A stretch of DNA of 64,000 nt from Eledone cirrhosa (lineage: Eukaryota), in the NCBI GenBank assembly GCA_964016885.1, contig OZ024744.1, positions 73,594,001 through 73,658,000 of the forward strand, in the 5' to 3' direction. A model generated the notes under the pieces. That model was not told where the DNA came from. It saw nothing but the letters and a program-made list of their open reading frames with translations, and searched no databases. The number at the start of each line of letters is the position of its first letter. Positions within the stretch are counted from its first letter, which is position 1. Below are positions 1 through 21,280 of this stretch, one piece after another. Made by a program: the position numbers and the translations under genes.

Positions 1-4
1 AAAT

Positions 5-51
5 TGCTCCGAAGAATCAAAACCTCGGTTTGGAGGAAACAGCTGTAAGCA
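5..51 (+). ncRNA. Minimal type I hammerhead ribozyme-like motif, variant core CCGAAGA
   Basis: UGCU-CCGAAGA-[AUCAAAACCUCGGUUUGGAG]-GAAA-CAGCUG-UA/AGCA. Helix I UGCU:AGCA, palindromic helix III ACAGCUGU, GUA site. Downstream flank resembles the copies at 38388 and 56332. Confidence 0.6.
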
Positions 52-96
52 CAATAATGTTTTGAACAGTTCTTTGATTCTTATATTTCATATTTC

Positions 97-223
<127 letters not shown>

Positions 224-334
224 TATATATAGTAATAATAAATAAGTCACTTATATGTATGAATTACTGTTGATTTCTTGCTCACATTAATTTCTCTATT
301 TTCATTCATATATATATATATATATATACAAAAT

Positions 335-470
335 TAAGATATCAAAATTATGGGTGTCATGCCAGAAAGACATGCGCCATATCGTTACCTACCTAGCTAT
401 GTGTGCTTACACACTTGTAAAAATTATCTCCTGTTATTATTCATGTTTATTTATATGTTAATCAATTAAG
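335..470. mobile_element. Rearranged (inverted two-piece) copy of a dispersed repeat also at 4530-4670 and 5004-5215
   Basis: Reverse complement of the ggatatggcgcatgtc...aattttg segment is joined to gttacctacctagctatgtgtgcttacacac; the two segments are colinear at 5004-5215. Confidence 0.6.
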
Positions 471-686
471 TTAAAAAATGTACATCTACATATGCATACT
501 GAAATACTAGTGTGTATATGAATACACACACGTATACATATGTAGGTGTACCAAGTCTTTCACTGGTCGCTTTTTTTTTTTTTTAACTTAATTGTTTAAG
601 CGTCAGTCATACAAAAGTGAGTTACAAACGAAACGAAATTTAATTTCGTTTCGTTATTTGTTTTTATATGTTAATCAATTTCTAGT

Positions 687-725
<39 letters not shown>

Positions 726-742
726 TGAAAATAGAGAAATTA

Positions 743-930
743 ATAGTTTCTACTTTTGGCATAAGGCCAGCAATTACCCAGTGCATTACTGGTACTATAT
801 TTTATCGACCCTGTAAGGATGAAAGGCAAAGTTAATCTCGGCGGGATTTGAACTCAGAATGGCAAGGGCCGTAACTCTATCCGTCAAATCATGGCGTCAG
901 ACCCTCTACCGATACTACCAATCCACCGCC
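743..930 (-). mobile_element. tRNA-derived SINE, family 1
   Basis: Minus strand: GGCGGTGGATTGGTAGTATCGGTAGAG (A-box-like), GAGTTCAAATCCCGCC (B box), core TTTGCCTTTCATCCTTAC.GGGTCGATAAAATA..GTACCAGT; more than 12 related copies in the window. Confidence 0.8.
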
Positions 931-1040
931 ATAATAGAGAAATTAATGTGACCAATAAGCCAACAGTAATTCATATATATATACAGTAAAGCCAACAGTA
1001 ATTCATATAGTAGTGGTAGAGCACTCAGTTGTGTAACCAC

Positions 1041-1078
<38 letters not shown>

Positions 1079-1208
1079 GTGGTTACACAACAGTCAGTTC
1101 ACCAACAGATGATGAACTAACTGTTGTGTAACCACTTCCACCTAACTCGTCCCATGAACTGAGCGCTCTACCACTACGGATATTACGTTCCAGTGTTCTA
1201 CCACTATA

Positions 1209-1302
<94 letters not shown>

Positions 1303-1638
1303 GATAAATCTACCAAGAGTTTACGGTAGTGTCCAATCCGTATGAAGAACTCAATGTAGTCCGGATATCATGGAAAGAAGAGATGCAATGAAAAATCACT
1401 TTCGGTGAAAGATAAACGGAATACAGAGTCAAGATAAAATATTAAAAAAATAATGAATAAAACAATGAAACAGTTCCTTATATTAAACAAAAAAAGTTCA
1501 TTATTTAACGATCGTTTCTGGGATATATATGTGTTAGAATTGGCATGTATATTTAACAGATCTATGTACAAAATTATACAAAATTATACAAACTATCAAG
1601 ATTAAATATACATACCAAACACACATATATGCCGTCTT

Positions 1639-1689
<51 letters not shown>

Positions 1690-1704
1690 CATATATATAT
1701 ATAT

Positions 1705-2245
1705 ATTTCGTTTCTGAATTTGTTTAGCAAGATTCTTTGTCTGAAAACGTGTGTTGAAACCGATATTGTTATACTTTGGGAGGGTCATGTTGCTAATAAG
1801 AAATACACGCACCAGTTGCTTTCACTTCAATTTATTATAATAAATTTATAAATTTAGGAATTTATAAATTTCCGGTTGGTTGGTTGGTTCCACAACCAGA
1901 TGGTTGTTTATATATTGTCAAAGTTCTTTCATCAAACATTCTGTGACCTCTTCAGTGACTGGGGGTTCTTTTCTTTGTTTTTTATTTTTGTTTTTGTTTT
2001 TTATGTGCCTCTCCTTTGTTCTGTCCTTGCCATCAACAGGAGGGGCACAAAAAACAAAGAAAAGAACCCCCAGTCACTGAAGAGGTCACATAATGTGTGA
2101 CGAAGGAACTTTGACAATATATAAACAACCATCTGGTTGTGGAACCAACCAACCGACCGGAAATTTATAAATTTATTATAATAAATTGAAGTGAAAGCAA
2201 CTGGTGCGTATGTTTCTTATTGGCAACATGACCCTCCCAAAGTAT

Positions 2246-2253
<8 letters not shown>
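1705..2253. mobile_element. Palindromic insertion (arms ~1763-2015 and ~2035-2253) with a hammerhead-like motif in each arm; Penelope-like pLTR derivative
   Basis: Near-perfect inverted arms between (TA)n tracts. GUCA-CUGAAGA-GGUCACA...GAA(A/G)-GAAC-UU-UGAC at 2073-2115 (+) and 1917-1959 (-). Related copy at ~24415-24730. Confidence 0.65.
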
Positions 2254-2338
<85 letters not shown>

Positions 2339-2756
2339 AAAAAGGAAAGGGTCCCATATATGGGTTAAAAAATTACCTTACTCGAGTGGCACCGGTAAGG
2401 TATTATAAGCCATTGAAAAGAAATGCAAAGAATGTTTTATTTTATTATTAAAAATATTCTAAAGAATAATTTTTTGAAATTTTCTAAAATAAACCACAAT
2501 ATTTAATAATAATATAATTTATATTGTTATTTTTATTTTTTTTATCTTAATATATATTTCATAATGTCATACTCTGTAGTTTTGAACAATAGCGTCGGTA
2601 GAAACATATTTGCCGAACACAAATTCTGGTTCAATGCATGTTTGGTGGTGATTATGAAAGTAGAAACAATTATCAAAAAGAACTGATTCGGTAAAACTGG
2701 CGGAATGAATTTTTAACATACCCAAGAAACGCACGGACTTCGATAATTTTCTGTTA

Positions 2757-2810
<54 letters not shown>

Positions 2811-2841
2811 CATATATATATATGTTATATATTATTCTATT

Positions 2842-4512
2842 CTAGGGCGAGTAAAACTCCCGAGAACCATGGACGAGTTCTCTCCAGCGGTCTTTGTCCC
2901 TCATTATCGCTGCCATGTCCTGCGTCTCCAACAGACCAGTGTCTGTCCTTAGGGCATCGACATACGTTAACCTTGGTCTTCCCCTTCCAGTATGTCCATG
3001 TAGGGGCTCCCACAGGAGCACTGAGTGCAATGTCAACTCTGGATGTCGGTGAGCATATTCAACTAACCTCACTCTCCTCCGTGTCACTTTTGAGCTGACT
3101 TTTGGGAGGCTCCCATACAGCTCTGAGTTTTTCATCCTCAGTGGAAACTGATTAATGTTCAGAGCCATCCTCAGTATTCTCGTGTAGCACCCATCCAACA
3201 TCTGAGTGAGTTTCTTTGTCAGTGTCCAAGTCTCAGACCTGTACAGGGTCACAGACTGCACTACAGCAATGAAGAGGCGGATTTTCAGGTCTTTTCGAAG
3301 TTCCGACTTCCACACTGATCTCAAGCTGTGGCACGCCGCCCAGGCTTTGCTCTTCCTCTCAACCACATCATCTTCCGTATTCCCAATCTTTGCTCCCAAA
3401 TACAGGAAGTCCTCAACAAATTCTAGCGGTTTCACGCCTACATTAGTGATCCCCTCTGGCTTCTCAACATTCTCTACCAGATATTTTGTTTTAGTCTCAT
3501 TCATTCTCAGCCCCACACTCATCGACACAGTCTCAACCTCCTGCATCAAATCCTCTGCCTCCTTCACTGTATTTGTCACCAAAACTATGTCGTCGGCAAA
3601 TTCAGCATCCGATATCTTTTTCGCCTTAACTCTCATGTTCTGAGCCGGTGCTGCAGTAAAGTTCTGGTGTTTCTCCAGTGCAAGGCGCATACAATAGTCC
3701 ACTACGATGATAAAAAGGTAGCGAGCCAATGTATCTCCCTGGAGCACTCCAGCCGGTATCTCAAAGAACTCTGTCATCCAATTAGGTGTAATGACTTGGG
3801 CTTTGGTGTAGAGCAGTGGTATCAGGTCCACTATCTTCTTGGGGATTCCATAAGCCTGTAAGATCTTCATCAGACAGTGACGGTCCACAGAATCAAAGGC
3901 CTTTCTAAAGTCAATGAAAACCATAACCGCAGGAAGGCACTTTGCTCTAGCTCCCTTTAATATCCTCCTCAGCATCAGGATGTGACTGGTGGTTGATCTT
4001 CGCTCTCTGGCTGGATCCTGTTAAGAATCATCCTGTTGAGGGTCTTTGCAACAAGTGGCGTCAGTGAGATCCCCCTGTAGTTGTTGGTGTTAGAGAGATA
4101 TCCCTTCTTTGGCACTGGGACGATGTTACTGATCCTCCACTGATTTGGGGCAACTCATTTCTCCAGTGCCTGGTTACAAAATCACACCTCTTCATCACCT
4201 CTGATGCCACTCCATCTTCTCCATGAACCTTGCCATCCTTGATTTTCTTCTTGGCTCTCTGAAGCTCCTCTCTGGTGACGGGCTCTGACGGGCTGTGGGG
4301 GGCGGCTCTCCTAGTAGGGTCCTAATATGGTTTAGCCATTTCCTCTTCCTATCCTCGGGCCCTGTTCCCTGGATCTGACTCGAACACCTTCTGTTTCTCC
4401 CTGTGATCTCGTTGATGATCATCCAGCTCTCCTTACATCCAGACCTGTCAACCGCTCTCTCCACACTTCTGATCTTCTCTATCAGTGCCTCCTCTCTGGC
4501 CTCAGTGTAAGC
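2842..4512 (-). mobile_element. 5'-truncated RTE-clade LINE; RT ORF 2842-3975, frameshifted upstream remnants to ~4512
   Basis: FIDFRKAFDSV, GVLQGDTLA, EFADD, FLYLG, SETWTLT and GRGRPRLTYVD motifs. Upstream KKGYLSNTNNYRGISLT in another frame. Confidence 0.9.
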
Positions 4513-5216
4513 GGTTATATATATATATATATCAACTAGAAATTGATTGACATATATATATCTAAAATAAACATATGAAACAATCACAGGGAATAATTTG
4601 TAAAAGTGTGTAAGTGGATATGGTGCATGTCTCTCGGGCATGACACCCTTAATTTAATTTTGGATATATATACGGCTACTTAATTGTAGACCTAACTCAG
4701 TTGAAAGGACTCGGCTGCTATTTCTAGTTATCGATAACCCTATTCACGCCACTGGGATGAAGCTGGTATGATGTGTGTATATAAAAAAAAAAATGCAACA
4801 CGTGCTGCTAGTCATTCGCAGATTTGAATTTGGTGTGTAAACACAGATAGTTAAATGTTCTCCCTTGTTGAAAATCCAGATTTGGCTACTGTGGTTTACC
4901 GATCTATTGATGGTAAAATATATTTCTTTAATGAAATATATACAAGGAAGATTAATCAATTTATAAGGTATATATATTTAAAGTTCTAGTTAAACTTTAA
5001 TTAGTTACCTACCTAGCTATGTGTGCTTACACACTTTTACAAATTATTCCTTGTGATTGTTTCATATGTTTATTTTAGATATATATATATATGTCAATCA
5101 GTTTCTAGTCGATATATTATGCTCGGATCTATTCATTGGAATCTTTGAGCATATTCTACAGTGGATATGGCGCATGTCTCTCGGACATGACTCCTTAATT
5201 TAATTTTGGATATAAC

Positions 5217-5299
<83 letters not shown>

Positions 5300-5587
5300 C
5301 ATGTTATATATATTATATATATATATACATATACATGTTATATATATTATATATATATATATATAAATAGTAATAATAAAATGTGAAGACTAAAATCAAA
5401 AGAAGGCAAGATAAGGATAAATATATATCAAATATATAAGAAGCCTAGAGCAAATATTTAAATAACAGATTAATGTTTAAGCAAAGAATCGCTGCTTTCA
5501 CACTTAACGTAAAAGGTAAACAGAAATAACAACACAATCGGTACAGTGTATTATTAGGTTAATGCTTGATGTAGCAGGAAGAGGGAC

Positions 5588-5618
5588 TTAACATTTAGGA
5601 CGCTACTCCTTCATCAGA
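5588..5618 (-). ncRNA. Degenerate hammerhead-like motif of a Penelope-type pLTR
   Basis: CUU-CUGAUGA-AGGA GUAGCG UCC-UAAA-UG-UU-AAG, with GAAA mutated to UAAA; similar to the motif at ~28570-28603. Confidence 0.35.
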
Positions 5619-6049
5619 AGAAAGAATGAGAAATTAGAAAGATTGAAGGGGCGGGTGGGGCGGAATCGGAAACATCTTTTAGAGAAAAATAACAGGTCTA
5701 TTCATGTTGCCATCTTTTGGACTATTTTACTTTTTTACTCTTTTAGCTGTTCCAGCCATCCGGCTGAGGCCATGCTGAGGCACCGCCATCAGCACCAATG
5801 TCAGCAACAGCAGCAGCAGCAGCAGCAAAAGAAGCACCATCAACTGGAGGGACGTTACTACCATGAAAAGCAACACCAACGCTCGTCGAAGACGTCACAC
5901 AGTTGAACATAAGTTGTGAAAATTTTAAGGCTAGCAAGCCATTTGTCCCAAAAATAAAAATAAAGGAAAAGCTTCCTTGGCCCGAAAAAAAGAGAGGCCG
6001 AAACAAGAAAAAACAAAAAGAAGCTAAAGTTGGTGAGCCTGCGGCTCGA

Positions 6050-6650
6050 CAGGGTGTCCAACATCGTCACAGGGTGCTGGACAGACGGACTGGTTAAATT
6101 TCTCGAGGTCTGGTCTTGTCCAGACCTCCAAATGGACCCCCAAAAAATTGGGATGAGATAATGAGTAGAGAGAAATGGCTTTCACCAAGAAATTGGCTAA
6201 AGGGAAGCTATCGTTGAAAGGTCGGGCAGAGTTGGTGAACGCGTACATCGTACCCGCCATCTACTACTGACTTACCATCGGGCCGACTCCTGGCCTACGT
6301 CTGGCCATACTGGAGCATTTTATATTTCGGTGTTTGTAGAAGAGACGCGTGTCAACGGTCAAGCGGTCCATTTGCTACCAACAAAAGCTGCCTGACGGAC
6401 TGGACATGCCGTAGTTGATGATGCGCAAACATATGCTCATGCTAGGTTATATCCAGCTTTACCTCGACGATGAAAAGGTCACCTTTTGCAAGGCACGTGT
6501 TTCCAGAGCACGTCTCCTTGACAGTGTTGCAGTCCTTGGTTAAACAAATACTGATAGAAAGCACTTAGAGACTGGAATGTCTTCAAGCGTTCATAGGCCT
6601 CAGCCTATCGGTGCAAACTCCACTTGGTGTTCTATAGAGGTCTAGTGGTG
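6050..6650 (+). pseudogene. Degenerate L1/Tx1-type ORF2 fragment (post-RT region)
   Basis: WTDG.VK, KLSLKGRAELVNAYI and GLDMP*LMMRKHML match the 48037-49146 ORF (WTDGPVK, KLSLKGRAEVANMYI, GLGMPWLMMRKHAL); frameshifts and stops present. Confidence 0.75.
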
Positions 6651-6654
6651 AGTA

Positions 6655-7147
<493 letters not shown>

Positions 7148-7169
7148 CACACATATATATATATATATA

Positions 7170-8645
7170 TAATATAAGATCAAAAGATGGTTAAAAGAGT
7201 TCCATGTATTTTATTATGCGCATTTCAAAAACAAATATCATCATGAGATGACATTTGCGTTTTCGTCAGATAAAATAGGAAGACATGATATGAAGGTTAA
7301 AAAACACTTGTGAATAGTGCAGTTTTAAATCAACATATGAAAAGTAATTTAAGATTGATGTGTGATATTGGGAAAAAAAATGAGGGGTGGTTGGAAAGGA
7401 TGAAGAAGAGGAGGAGATGAGAGTAAAGAATGGTGGGGGTGGAGTATAATAAGGAAGGATGAGATAGAAGGAGAGATGGGTGATAGAAAGAGAGAGATAG
7501 CCTTTATAACTGAGAAAAATATATTGTTTCACAGAGAGAGGTTAAAAAGCCGTTGGAAGATAATATATAATTTAAAAGAATTTGAAAATTGATAAAGAGA
7601 AAAAAAATTTAATGAAGAGAAAAAAATTAAGAATAATGTTAAATTAAGGTTTGTATATTGAAGGGTTTAATAATATGTGCGATGAAAAGAAATTGTTAAT
7701 ATGTATTATTAAAATAAAAAAATATTAATGTTATTAAGGATATAATGTGAAAAGAAGAAGAAGAGTGGATGAATTATGAATTTAGAGGAATTAGTTAGTG
7801 TTTAAGTTTGTTTTTATCTAATGTAATATGTATGCGTAATATATGTAAATTGTTTGTTTACAAATGAGCGCAGAAAGCAAAGAAGAAAATAGTGTTTAAG
7901 GAAGAGAAGACTCTAACAACAAAATATATACCTAATGGTAATAATATAATATAATAAAGGAGATTAGTTAGGGTTTAAGTTTGTTTTTATGTATTGTGAT
8001 ATGTAATATGTAAAGGTTAAACGAGTATGAAAGGGAGAAACAAATATAATGAATTGAGGAGGAATAATCAACGTCAAAAAATGTTTATGTTTACGAAGGA
8101 TTTTTAAAGGTAATACTATAAAGTATTTAAAATGTAATAATAAGTTTTATGGCCATGCTATGAAGGAAGAAGGAAGAGTGTATATATTGTGGTGAGTAAT
8201 AATAAGAATTGAGAAGTATCTAGGAAGAAAAAGTACAGATTAGAGGTTAGAAATTAAAAGAAAAAAGGAAGAAAGGGAATTGATCAATAGGAAAGATATA
8301 GAATGAGTAGCTAGTGTTATATAATGTATAATAAATATCATTGAAATAAGGTAGAAAGATGGGTATATTTTTAAAGAAATATATATATATGCCATTGAGA
8401 AAAAGGATTTTAAACTGGTAAAGTATTAGATATTAGCTGTATACTTTATGGAATGTTCTGTGGAATTTATGCAAGCAGAGAGAAAATAAGTCATTTGTTT
8501 TTGAAATGCGCATAATAAAATACATGTAACTCTTTTAACCATCTTTTGATCATATATTATTTATACTCCAGTCCCACAAACTGTAGAGTGGTACTTATCC
8601 GATATCTGCATTGCTTTATTGTACTACAATAAAACTCACCTCCTA
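7170..8645 (-). mobile_element. Penelope-like element 3' portion (family X) with inverted second arm (8491-8645, +)
   Basis: Minus strand 8489-8433 encodes LFSLCLHKFHRTFHKVYS*, resembling the C-x-H end of the 37569 GIY-YIG ORF. It is followed by ~1.15 kb UTR and a hammerhead at 7207-7277. The plus arm ends at the recurrent terminus CTCACCTCCTA. Confidence 0.65.
7207..7277 (-). ncRNA. Type I hammerhead ribozyme, family X
   Basis: UAUUUUAU-CUGACGA-[long helix II]-GAAA-UGCGCA-UA/AUAAAAUA. Confidence 0.75.
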
Positions 8646-8669
8646 CACACACACACACACACACACACG

Positions 8670-8752
<83 letters not shown>

Positions 8753-8756
8753 ACAC

Positions 8757-8834
<78 letters not shown>

Positions 8835-8848
8835 TTATATATATGTGT

Positions 8849-9156
<308 letters not shown>

Positions 9157-9368
9157 ACAGACATCAACAGCAACCGTAGTTAACGTGCCAACAACAACAA
9201 CAACAAAGACGAAGGACGGATATACACCAACATTAACAAGAAAAGCACCAACGATAGACCAGGCAACGAAACCAAGAGAGATGGAAGAAATGAGGAGCAG
9301 AAAAAGAAAGAGAGAGAAAAAAGGCTAGAGAACTTGAGGGAAAGGGCGAGAGAACGAGAGGGGAGGTT

Positions 9369-9451
<83 letters not shown>

Positions 9452-9599
9452 CCAAGGACGAAGACATACACTGCATTCACGGTGACCTGCCATATCATGG
9501 CGAACAGACAGAGAAACGTATAAAGAAACATATTAAGCGATCAGATCTCCGGGTACGAATAACAAGGCGTTGACGGACACCGAAAACAACAACTCTCAC

Positions 9600-9900
9600 A
9601 CGCGTTCTAGCCCTTCGCAGTGGAGACTTCTGGTGTCCTCGGCTCTAATCTACCTCCCTACTCACCACCATAGGCGCTGAGCTGGCCAACCGCAGGTGTG
9701 AGCCTCGCGAAATGGAATGGCTCTGCCAGCGCTTCTCCCTTACCATCCTCCGGGGAAATGCCTTCTCCATTCTGTCCGCCGGGGCTGTGGGGAAGCCAAC
9801 ACATGGGACCCCATTTGCTCATCATACAATGCGATGGGGAGGGCAAGAGAGATGGAGGCGATGACAGTGGGAGTTCAGCTCTTCCACGTCCGGACCATAT
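9600..9900 (+). mobile_element. CRE-like non-LTR retrotransposon 3' fragment
   Basis: AVETSGVLG ... LTILRGNAFSILSA; homologous to 44840-45125 and to the end of 46000-47050. Confidence 0.55.
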
Positions 9901-10412
9901 CCTTGTGGTTGTATTCATTATCTATAGAGTTCGTCACAAAGTAGGCACCTACTCCCTACGGCGTTGCTCGGCCAGAGAAAGCATATCTACTGCTACCGCA
10001 ACTACTATCACGAACAGCAGCAGCAGCAGCAGCAGCAGCACCACCACCACCACCACCACCAACAACAACAACATAAACCCAACATGCCTAAGGAACCACG
10101 TAGTTTATAAACTGAACCAGGAATGTGGGGGGGGGGGGGGGAAGCTAAATCGGTTCCACAAAGTGAAAGCTAGACTACATAGTAAAGGAACATTTTCAGA
10201 AGACAACTACAGAGAGTGCAGCGTTCCAACATAAGCAAAAGAGGGGAAGAAACATAACAAAGAAAGTCCACGCAGAGCAAACATGCAATAAAAATCGGAA
10301 TAACGGAAGCGCATTTCATTAAGAATAAATCTGAACCGTCGGAGTGACTTGGGTAGTTAGAAACATCTGTACGCATACTTCGACGTGTGAAGGATTTTCT
10401 AATAGAGTGTCG

Positions 10413-10628
10413 ACAGTCGATCGACTTTCGTCAAATCGGACGGAGGAAACAATGTTTCCGTTGGTCTTTCCAATTGCTAATACTATCTATCGGTCGCAAC
10501 TCCAGGTAGAAGGAGCCACATGAAATAAAGTGTCTTGCTCAAGGACATAACGCATCGCCCGGTCCAGGAATCGAACTCACAACCTCACGATTGGGAATGC
10601 AATTCTCTAAGCACTCAGTCACGCACCT
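10413..10628 (-). mobile_element. tRNA-derived CORE-like SINE, family 2
   Basis: Minus strand B box GTTCGATTCC, then CORE-like TGTCCTTGAGCAAGACACTTTATTTC; close copy at 57497-57712. Confidence 0.75.
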
Positions 10629-11024
10629 TAATGATGAAGAATTTTACACCCGAACACGTTAACTAACCTTCCTAACCCTGCAACAAGGCTCCAAGCCACG
10701 TACTACCCTACGGTGAATATATTACACTTATATTAATCCTAGTCTTAATTCCACCCTCTAACACTTTCAATTTTAATTTTGAATTCTTTTTCATTTTATT
10801 TTATCCTAACGAACAATAAAACATAAAACACAAAATGTTTACCGTTTTAACAAGTTTTATCTCGAACTTTTGTGCCGACTTTGATTTCTTGTTCTTTCTT
10901 CTTTACTCCTTCCTTCTCCCTCCCAGTTCCTTATAGCTCACTCACCCCACGTCTAGCTTACCCCTTAATCCTCACTTACGTAGCTAACAGGAACTACGCA
11001 CAACTACAACTTCTACATAACCCA

Positions 11025-11058
<34 letters not shown>

Positions 11059-11354
11059 GAAAGGTATAGAAAACACTGCAGCGAAAAGCGAACAGCATTC
11101 CATAGTATATAAGTGACTATAGCGTCAACATGGGAAAAATAGTTAACGTAAGATGTGGGAAAAATAATTTAAACTCATCTTAAAGAGAATCAGGATATAA
11201 ATTCATCCACAGAATTTAGTGAAATCCAGGTAAAAATCAATAGAGCCCTAACTCATGATAAAATAAAGTTCAAGATACCTATCCTTCAATTTGGAAAAAC
11301 TTCAAATGCTCTGTATAGTCGTAAGACTATTTCATGAAATATATATATATATAT

Positions 11355-11412
11355 ATAAAGTAGAAAACGAAAAATCAGTGATGCATCACTGATTTTTCGT
11401 TTTCTACTTTAT
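11355..11412. repeat. Perfect 58-bp palindrome
   Basis: ataaagtagaaaacgaaaaatcagtgatg|catcactgatttttcgttttctactttat; one arm matches gatgcatcactgatttttcgttttc at ~13329 and ~16918. Confidence 0.9.
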
Positions 11413-11481
11413 CATACTCTACTCTGTAAGAGCATAGAGTGCTCAACCGGCATACCACCTATGGAAGCATCTTAGCTACCA

Positions 11482-11571
<90 letters not shown>

Positions 11572-11575
<4 letters not shown>

Positions 11576-11733
11576 TTTCTGAGGCGGGTAAAATTCCCGA
11601 GATCCATGGACGAGTTCTCTCCAGCGGTCTCTGTCCCTCATTATCGCTGCCATGAAGAGGAAGACCAAGGTTAACGTATGTTGATGCCCTAAGGACAGAC
11701 ACTGGTCTGTTGGAGACGCAGGACATGGCAGCG

Positions 11734-11735
<2 letters not shown>
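11572..11735. mobile_element. Tiny RTE 3'-end insertion with 5' inversion inside (CA)n
   Basis: 11579-11654 is the minus-strand RTE end, matching ~2842-2917. 11655-11734 is the adjacent upstream RTE segment on the plus strand. Confidence 0.85.
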
Positions 11736-11800
<65 letters not shown>

Positions 11801-12007
11801 AGGCACTCTATCTCACCCACAGTGACATGCTCCATTATGGCCTGTTCACGCACTCCCTGCATGTGTATCTTTTCAGTGGTATGTGCATATATACTCCACG
11901 CGCTACATTATGTAACACCCCATGTATTTTTCCATGTACAAACCAATGTGTATCGTTGTATACTTTTCATATATAATTCAGATATATGTATTTTTTTTAT
12001 ATATTCT

Positions 12008-18518
<6,511 letters not shown>

Positions 18519-19266
18519 AATTATAATATATAATATATAATAATAATAATATAATTTTCCATTTCAGAGTTCCTACGGTTTGGAAGAGAGGCTGCCTGCA
18601 AGTGTATGGACAAATGAGCGTGAGCATTCTGGCAAGAGTATGGAGGATGTGTGACATTCGGCAAACATAAACTGTTTCTCATTACTTTTTGGTAGGGGGT
18701 AACAGACTTTCGGACCACCCTGTACTTTCGTCACTACTTAGTTTCCATTATCTTCAGTGCTTTGATAAGTTTGGGTCTTCCATGTTTTAGAAGCACTGGT
18801 GGGATGTTAACCGCTACTAGGGATTTTCCGTCTTTGAGCATGTGTACAAACTCTTTTACTTTCTCCTGGGATGTTCAGATTCAGAGAATACTGTGGTGTC
18901 TGGTAGTGGCATCCTTAAGGATGGATGGTTACACTGATCCTCGCCTAACTCTTACTTTTGGTTCCGCAACCATTTTTAGCCACACCCTGGAAAATGCTTC
19001 TGCTAGCAGGCTAAAGTTAGTAAAAGACCTGACGCTTGGAGAGATCGGCACTGCCAAGTATTTCTAAGACCCCTCCCCCATGCTGGATACAGAGTCAAAC
19101 ATATAATTACTCTATTATATATATATTAAGTTCTACTTTTGTGGGCAAACAATGATCACTAGATCAGAGAAAATTATAAATATGTATATATATGTTTATA
19201 TGTTTATGTATATATGTGTTTGTGTGTATATAAATCGGGCAAAACACTTCAGAAAGACGAAATATA

Positions 19267-19422
<156 letters not shown>

Positions 19423-19499
19423 GTGTGTATACAAATCTAGTAAACTACCCCCGAGAGACGGTATATACATATATATTTGTATGTATATACATACATACA

Positions 19500-19572
<73 letters not shown>

Positions 19573-19803
19573 GTGCGTGTGTGCGTGTGTGCGTGCGTGC
19601 GCGCGTGTGTGTGTGTGCGTGTGCGTGTGTGTATGTGTGATCTCAAACTTAAACCTAAACCAAGAATTCAGAATTAATGTTCTACTTATATCAACGTTCG
19701 TTATTTGCCCCTTCTGCAATCAATCATTAAACCGTTCATTATTCGGTATAAATAAATCTGACTTCATTCAATAAACAAACAAAAAATATATAAAGAAAAG
19801 CAA

Positions 19804-19850
<47 letters not shown>

Positions 19851-20334
19851 AAAAAATTCGTAGACATTTTAAGATTATTTATTGCTGAATTTTCTTTGTT
19901 TATTGCAGTACAGCCAGTCAGTCACATAAAAGCGACATCAAAACCAGATATATTTTAGAAAAATTGAGTCAATTGGACATAAAAATTTAAGAATGTTTTT
20001 TTTCTTAATATTTTTTTTTTACAACTCGGCAGAAGTCCAATTGATACAGTGTGATGTAGTGGGCAAAAATCAATTAAATCAATTTTACTATAATACATTT
20101 TATTACTAGAGTACATTATTTTGAAGATAATATTGATATGAAAAAAATGTAGAAGTGTATCTCTGTTGGGAGGGAATTGAATAAAAAATATCCATAGAGA
20201 CAAAGAAAGCTAAGCACATTATCAAGCTTATTCCGATGATCTTTATTCTCAGCAAGGCTCTCTCGTATTCTTATACATTTATTTACATAAATAACAATCT
20301 TTAAAATTCAGGTTTCTGCAAAATAATAATTGTA

Positions 20335-21055
20335 ATAAGGGTTTCTGATTTAGGTACACGAACAATACTTTTTGGTGGGAGGGGAAAGTCGAATAAATCG
20401 ACCCTAGAGATTCAACCAGCCTCAGAACGTTACTGGTACTTTATTTTATCGACCCCGTAAACATTTAAGGCAAAACTAACCTCGGCGGGATGTTAACTGA
20501 TATTTTAACTTATTTTATTGACCCCGTAAACATGAAGAACAATTTTAATCTCGGACGGATTTGAACTCAGAATATAGGATGTCATAACGAAACGATTTTG
20601 ACCGAAACTCTACCTTTACTACCAATCCACCGGCCTTAATACTTTTTGCAGAAGGCCTACAATTTGAAGGGAAGAGAAAAGTCGATTAAATCGATCTCAG
20701 AACGTTACTGGTACCTTGTTTTATCGACCTCGTAAGGATGAAATGCAAAGCTATCCTCGGCACGATTTGGACGCTGAATGTAAAGGGCTGTAAATCTACG
20801 CCGCAAAGCTTGTTCCCCGACGCTCTATCGATACTGCCAAGTCACCATCCCAATAATAATGATTTCTAGTGTAGGCACAAGGCCAGTAATTTGGGGGGGG
20901 AGGAGAAAGTTGATTAAATCGACCCCACTATGTTACTGGTACTTTATATTATTGACCCCGTAAGGATGAAATGCAGAGTTTACCTCGAGAGGATTTGAAC
21001 TCAAGCCGTGAAGGGCCGTAACTCTTTGCTGCCGATACAGCCAATCCAACGTCCT
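20335..21055 (-). mobile_element. Cluster of about 4 partial or tandem family-1 SINE copies
   Basis: Repeated ttactggtactttattttatcgaccccgtaaggatgaa...ggatttgaactca blocks. Confidence 0.75.
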
Positions 21056-21071
21056 TATAATAGAAATGATA

Positions 21072-21270
21072 TTGATTTCATTTATTTGCCACACGGGCCG
21101 ACATATAGGGGACAATACAAAGACACGGACAGTTGAGGTAAACAACAAATTTGAGTGAAAATACACAATAACAAAACCAATTTAACAATGAAAAAATATA
21201 AGAATAAAATATATATAAAAATATAAAAATATAATTTCCCAAATAGGGGCTGAACCACCCAGGTACGACT
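21072..21270 (-). mobile_element. 3' UTR fragment of an L1/Tx1-like family
   Basis: tttatttgccacacgggccgacat...aatttcccaaatagg resembles 47455-47650 (tttattagccacaagggctgacat...aattccccaatagg). Confidence 0.5.
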
Positions 21271-21280
21271 CAGGTACCCC

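Noticed and set aside
5643-5906. Poly-Q ORF as a host gene fragment
   Set aside because: A short (CAG)n tract directly upstream of a decayed Tx1 fragment, with no other coding evidence.
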